Source: Dehalococcoidia bacterium
Lineage (GTDB): Bacteria; Chloroflexota; Dehalococcoidia; SM23-28-2; RBG-16-64-32
DNA: 64,000 nt
Assembly (NCBI GenBank): GCA_034408935.1
Contig: DAOUMV010000025.1
Location: 30,281-94,280, forward strand
Direction: 5' to 3'
Positions within the stretch are counted from its first letter, which is position 1, and each line of letters opens with the position of its first letter. The translations under genes were made by a program, and so were the position numbers. Below the pieces are notes generated by a model. The model was not told where the DNA came from. It made no database searches and was given only the letters and a program-made list of their open reading frames with translations. Below, one piece after another: positions 57,919 through 64,000 of the stretch.

Positions 57919-57933
57919 ATAGTCCGGAGAGCA

Positions 57934-57962
57934 AGAGACCCGGGGCTATGCCTCGGGTCTCT
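57934..57962 (+). terminator. 13-bp hairpin downstream of the aptamer (candidate expression platform, weak U tract)
   Basis: AGAGACCCGGGGC-TAT-GCCTCGGGTCTCT. Confidence 0.55.
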
Positions 57963-58010
57963 CTGCACTTAAAGGAGGGCTGTCTTCTCCGGAGGAAAGG
58001 AGGGACGTCC

Positions 58011-59576
58011 ATGACGAAACACTGGCACAGCAAATGGCGAGATGCCGTCGGGGACGTCTCCGAGCTCACGAACTACATAGACCTGAACCCGCGTGAGCTC
58101 ACCAAGCTCAGGGAGATGCACAGGCTTGGGGAGAGGGATGTAGGGTACCCTTCCCTCTCATGCATTGAGGAGGGCTCCGAGAGTCCCCCCAAGTACCGCG
58201 CGTTCACTCTCAGCAACTTCCGCGAGCTTCCACAGGTTCAGCGGCTCTCGAAGGAGGAACAGTTCGCCATCGAGGTCGTCGCCCAGGTTCTCCCGTTCAA
58301 GACCAACAGCTACGTGGTGGAGCAGCTCATCGACTGGGGCCACGTCCCGAACGATCCCATGTTCGTGCTGAACTTCCCGCAGAGGGAGATGCTCCTGCCG
58401 CGTCACTTCGATGAGGTAGCTGCCCTCCTCCGCCGCGAGGCAGACCGGCGCGAGATCGAGGCAGTCGTCAACCGCATCCGCCTGGAGCTCAACCCGCATC
58501 CCGCCGGCCAACTCGACCACAACGTCCCCACCCTCGGCACAACCAAGCTCACCGGCATGCAGCATAAGTACCGCGAGACCGTGCTCTTCTTCCCCAGCAA
58601 CGGCCAGACCTGCCACGCCTTCTGTACCTTCTGCTTCCGTTGGCCGCAGTTCGTTGGCATGAACGACCTCAAGTTCGCCATGCAGGAAGCGGAACTTCTC
58701 ATCCAATACCTTCGTGCTCACCCTGAGGTGTCCGACGTGCTGTTCACGGGCGGCGACCCGATGATCATGCGCGCGGGGACCCTCGAACGCTACATCGCGC
58801 CGCTGCTGAAGGCTCGCCTCCCCAACCTGCGCACCATCCGCATCGGTACCAAGGCCCTCAGCTACTGGCCATATCGTTTCCTCACGGACGAAGACGCCGA
58901 TGACGTGATGCATCTGTTCCAGCGGATTACGGCTTCGGGGCTTCACCTTGCGCTCATGGCCCAGTTCAACCATCCGCGGGAGCTGAGCACGGACGCTGTC
59001 AAGGTGGCCATCGCTCGCATCAGGGACACTGGTGCCGAAATACGCACCCAGTCGCCCTTGATGCGAAACATCAATGACAGCGCCGAAGTGTGGGCGGACA
59101 TGTGGCGCCAGCAGGTGCAACTGGGCTGCGTTCCGTACTACATGTTCGTGGCGCGGGACACCGGCGCCCAGCACTACTTCAGCGTGCCCCTGGTGCGCGC
59201 CTCGGAGATCTTCACAGAGGCCCACAACTCTGTCAGTGGACTCGCTCGCACCGTCCGTGGGCCGAGCATGTCCGCTGACCCCGGCAAGGTGCAGGTGCTG
59301 GGCGTCACCGAGATCGGCGGCGATAAGGTGATCGCCCTACGCATGCTCCAGGGCCGCAACCCCGATTGGGCGATGCGCCTGTTCTTCGCCGAGTACGACG
59401 AGGACGCGGTCTGGCTGAGCGACCTGCGGCCCGCCTTCGGCGACAAGCACTTCTTCTTCGAGGCGGAACTGGAGCGCTTGTACCTCAGGAACACGGCAAG
59501 GGGGCGTGGACGGCGCCACAACGGCCGTAATGGAGCCCGGGACGAAGACGAGCCTCTGGCCACTACCCCGACCTAG
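58011..59576 (+). CDS. KamA-family radical-SAM/PLP aminomutase-like protein
   Basis: HKYRETVL..P...TCHAFCTFCFR (CxxxCxxC), VLFTGGDP, IRIGTK, QFNHPREL, QSPL, PYYMF, DPGK; GGAGG RBS at the 58011 ATG. Confidence 0.88.
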   Translation: MTKHWHSKWRDAVGDVSELTNYIDLNPRELTKLREMHRLGERDVGYPSLSCIEEGSESPPKYRAFTLSNFRELPQVQRLSKEEQFAIEVVAQVLPFKTNSYVVEQLIDWGHVPNDPMFVLNFPQREMLLPRHFDEVAALLRREADRREIEAVVNRIRLELNPHPAGQLDHNVPTLGTTKLTGMQHKYRETVLFFPSNGQTCHAFCTFCFRWPQFVGMNDLKFAMQEAELLIQYLRAHPEVSDVLFTGGDPMIMRAGTLERYIAPLLKARLPNLRTIRIGTKALSYWPYRFLTDEDADDVMHLFQRITASGLHLALMAQFNHPRELSTDAVKVAIARIRDTGAEIRTQSPLMRNINDSAEVWADMWRQQVQLGCVPYYMFVARDTGAQHYFSVPLVRASEIFTEAHNSVSGLARTVRGPSMSADPGKVQVLGVTEIGGDKVIALRMLQGRNPDWAMRLFFAEYDEDAVWLSDLRPAFGDKHFFFEAELERLYLRNTARGRGRRHNGRNGARDEDEPLATTPT

Positions 59577-59675
59577 AGCGCGCCCACCCCGCGGTGCCGG
59601 ATAGCCGCCCCGGCGCGCAGCAGACCACCCTCGCGGCCAGGCATGGAAGCTGCCGCGGACGATTTTCAGGTCACC

Positions 59676-60953
59676 CTACGTGCCCCACTCCTCACCCTGG
59701 CTCCAGTCCAGCATGATGATCTCTATCTCTTCCCCGGGCTGCACCTCGTCCATGTCCGGCGGGATCACCGTCAGCCCGTTGGCGTGCACCATTGACGTCA
59801 GCATCCCCGAGCCCTGCGGCCCCGTCGGCGAGGCGTAGTAGCGCCCCTCCTTCTCCCGCACGATGCAGCGGGCGTAGAACCGCCGAGGGTCGTTCCTGTT
59901 GACGAAGCGTTCCTCGGCCACCGCCCTCACCATCGGCTTTCCCCAGTTCGTCTTCCCCATCATCTTCATCAACGCTGGCCGCCCGAACAGCTCGAACGTC
60001 ACCATGGAGCTCACCGGGTTCCCAGGCAGCCCGATGTGGGGTACTGTCCGGTCGCCCTGCCGGAAGCAGCCGAACGCCAGCGGCTTGCCGGGCTTCATCG
60101 CCACTGTCCAGAAGTCGATATCGCCCTCCCGCGCCAGCACCTCCTTCACCACGTCGTAGTCGCCGCGAGAGACCCCGGCGGACGTGATCAGCATATCGGC
60201 GTCTAGGCCCTCGTGGATCTTCGCGGTCAGCGCCTCGACCGTGTCCTTAGCGATGCCCAGCAGCCGCGGCACGCCCCCGTACCGCCGCACCAGGGCTCCC
60301 ACGCTATGGGCGTTCGCGTCGTAGATCTTCGCCGGTGGCCGCGGTTGTCCCGCCTCCACCAGTTCGTCTCCCGTTGACAGGACCGCCACCGCAGGCCGCC
60401 GGATCACCAGCGCTGTGACCCGTCCCAACGAGGCCAGCACGCCGATCTCCGAAGGCCTCAACACTCGGCCCTTGCTCATCACTGGCTGCCCGGAGCGCAC
60501 GTCTTCGCCTGCTTTCCTGACGTTCTTTCCCACTCCGACCTCTTTGAGCACCCGCACCGCCGCGTCCACGTGCTGCGAGCGCTCCGGTGCCTTCTCGAAC
60601 GGCTCGTCCGTGTCTTCGAACCGGACGACCGCGTCGGCCCCGGCGGGTACCGCCGCCCCCGTCATGATGCGCACCGCTGTCCCGGACCTCACTTCGCCTT
60701 CAAACACGTAGCCCGCCGCCACCTCGCCCACAACCTGCAGTTTCACCGGTGAGTCCGGCGACGCCCCACGCGTGTCCTCTGCCCGCACCGCGTACCCGTC
60801 CATCGCCGTGTTATCCAGGGGCGGTATGTCGAACGCTGCGGCGACGTCTTCGGCCAGGACTTGGCCCAGTGCCTCCAGCAGGGGCTTCTCCTCCGGCTCC
60901 AGCACCTCCACGTAGCCGAGGATGCGTTCCAGCGCCTCGTCAACAGTGATCAC
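59676..60953 (-). CDS. moeA: Molybdopterin molybdenumtransferase
   Basis: NTAMDGYA, RIMTGA, STGDEL, SAGVSRGDYD, KPGKP, GLPGNPVSS, QGSG. Confidence 0.95.
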   Translation of the reverse strand: MITVDEALERILGYVEVLEPEEKPLLEALGQVLAEDVAAAFDIPPLDNTAMDGYAVRAEDTRGASPDSPVKLQVVGEVAAGYVFEGEVRSGTAVRIMTGAAVPAGADAVVRFEDTDEPFEKAPERSQHVDAAVRVLKEVGVGKNVRKAGEDVRSGQPVMSKGRVLRPSEIGVLASLGRVTALVIRRPAVAVLSTGDELVEAGQPRPPAKIYDANAHSVGALVRRYGGVPRLLGIAKDTVEALTAKIHEGLDADMLITSAGVSRGDYDVVKEVLAREGDIDFWTVAMKPGKPLAFGCFRQGDRTVPHIGLPGNPVSSMVTFELFGRPALMKMMGKTNWGKPMVRAVAEERFVNRNDPRRFYARCIVREKEGRYYASPTGPQGSGMLTSMVHANGLTVIPPDMDEVQPGEEIEIIMLDWSQGEEWGT

Positions 60954-60964
60954 GACGGTTCACC

Positions 60965-63134
<2,170 letters not shown>

Positions 63135-63226
63135 CCGTCTTTCTCCTCTGGGTTCCGGTTCCGACACGAAGACGAAACGGTGGCGCCTGGGCGCCACCAC
63201 TCTAGCACTGTCGCTTGTCGCTATTG

Positions 63227-63475
63227 CTAGCTCAGGTGGATCACCAGACAGGTCGTCGTACGCTGGACTCCGTCCACCTGCTGGATGGCGTCCGTTATCG
63301 CCCGGCCCACCTTGTCCAGGTCGTCCGATTCCAACAGGGCGATGACGTCGAAGGGGCCCGTTACCGCATCCACCGATACGACCTGTGCGTCGGAGAACTG
63401 GAGCTTCTGCAAACCCTCGGCCACACTCTTGGCCTTGCCTACCGCCGATTCTATCAACACGTAGGCTCGCGTCAT
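63227..63475 (-). CDS. Stand-alone Lrp/AsnC ligand-binding domain protein
   Basis: AYVLI, VTGPFDVIA, GVQRTTTC. Confidence 0.85.
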   Translation of the reverse strand: MTRAYVLIESAVGKAKSVAEGLQKLQFSDAQVVSVDAVTGPFDVIALLESDDLDKVGRAITDAIQQVDGVQRTTTCLVIHLS

Positions 63476-63609
63476 GCTCACCCTCCTTTCCGCCACTGGC
63501 CTGACTGCCGAAATCATACCGCCTGGGGCCTCCCTGTCAAGGTGGGCCTCTCGTTGCCCCTGCCCACGCTAGGCTCTATAATGGCCGCATCCCTGACCCC
63601 GCCCTACTC

Positions 63610-64000
63610 ATGCCTTCTGATAACGAGTCGCTCACGCAGATAGAGGCCCAGGCCCGCAGCCAGCTCGATGCCGCGTCTGATGAGGACGCCCTGGAGCGCT
63701 GGCGGGTCGCCTTCCTGGGACGCCGCGGCCGCCTCACCCTGGTGCTCCGCGGCCTGGCCGATCTCCCCGTAGACGAGCGCAAGACCGTGGGCGCCCAGGC
63801 GAACCGCCTCAAGCGGGAGCTCGAGGCTGCTCTTCAGGAGAAGAAGGCGCGCCTCGCTCAGTCCGCCACCGAGGCCCTCGTCGAGGATCGGATCGATGTC
63901 ACCCTCCCCGGCCCTCCCATACCTCGCGGCCGCCTGCACCCGACGACCCAGACGCTGCGCGACGTGCTGGACTGCTTCGTCAGCGTGGGCTTCCAGGTCG
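63610..64000 (+). CDS. pheS: Phenylalanine--tRNA ligase alpha subunit (3'-truncated by the window)
   Basis: Translates MPSDNES...FLGRRGRLT...GAQAN...IDVTLPG...GRLHPTTQ...GF. Confidence 0.92.
   Translation, partial: MPSDNESLTQIEAQARSQLDAASDEDALERWRVAFLGRRGRLTLVLRGLADLPVDERKTVGAQANRLKRELEAALQEKKARLAQSATEALVEDRIDVTLPGPPIPRGRLHPTTQTLRDVLDCFVSVGFQV

Noticed and set aside
57948-58010. N-terminal extension of the KamA-like ORF from 57948
   Set aside because: Overlaps the riboswitch hairpin; the ATG at 58011 has the strong GGAGG RBS
58011-59576. epmB (EF-P beta-lysylation)
   Set aside because: Not linked to efp or epmA, and the EF-P tip here is KLGRG rather than the lysylated PGKG

Overview
High-GC bacterial chromosomal segment, most consistent with Chloroflexota/Dehalococcoidia (inference from gene order, AroK-AroB fusion and TSP3/dockerin-like surface proteins). 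The housekeeping backbone is dgt-dnaG-rpoD, cmk-plsC-ispH-glmS-ppsA, pncA-pncB, xseAB, efp, aroQ, dprA-topA-xerC, alaS-ruvX-mltG-aroE-aroC-aroKB, tpl, moeA and pheS. No rRNA, tRNA, CRISPR array or transposase was seen. Main unexplained structure: (1) two back-to-back c-di-AMP (ydaO-yuaA) riboswitches (57.4-57.9 kb) heading a divergent locus with a KamA-type radical-SAM aminomutase on one side and a class-III PLP enzyme plus a CMD/AhpD-fold protein on the other, a candidate undescribed c-di-AMP-controlled beta-amino-acid/osmolyte pathway; (2) a consensus sigma70 promoter plus a near-perfect CIRCE (HrcA) operator upstream of an accessory small-protein + DUF4417-like gene pair instead of a chaperone; (3) an integrase-free cassette array at 24.0-26.9 kb, with four copies of a gene-end/cmk junction sequence and four homologous promoter modules around surface-protein, His-rich and HEPN genes; (4) a 39-48 bp promoter/leader repeated upstream of three unrelated genes at 6.7-11.5 kb; (5) REP-like palindromes, including in-frame copies in alaS and topA, and a foreign-looking insertion of about 90 aa in AlaRS. 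All family assignments come from motif recognition by eye; no searches were run.
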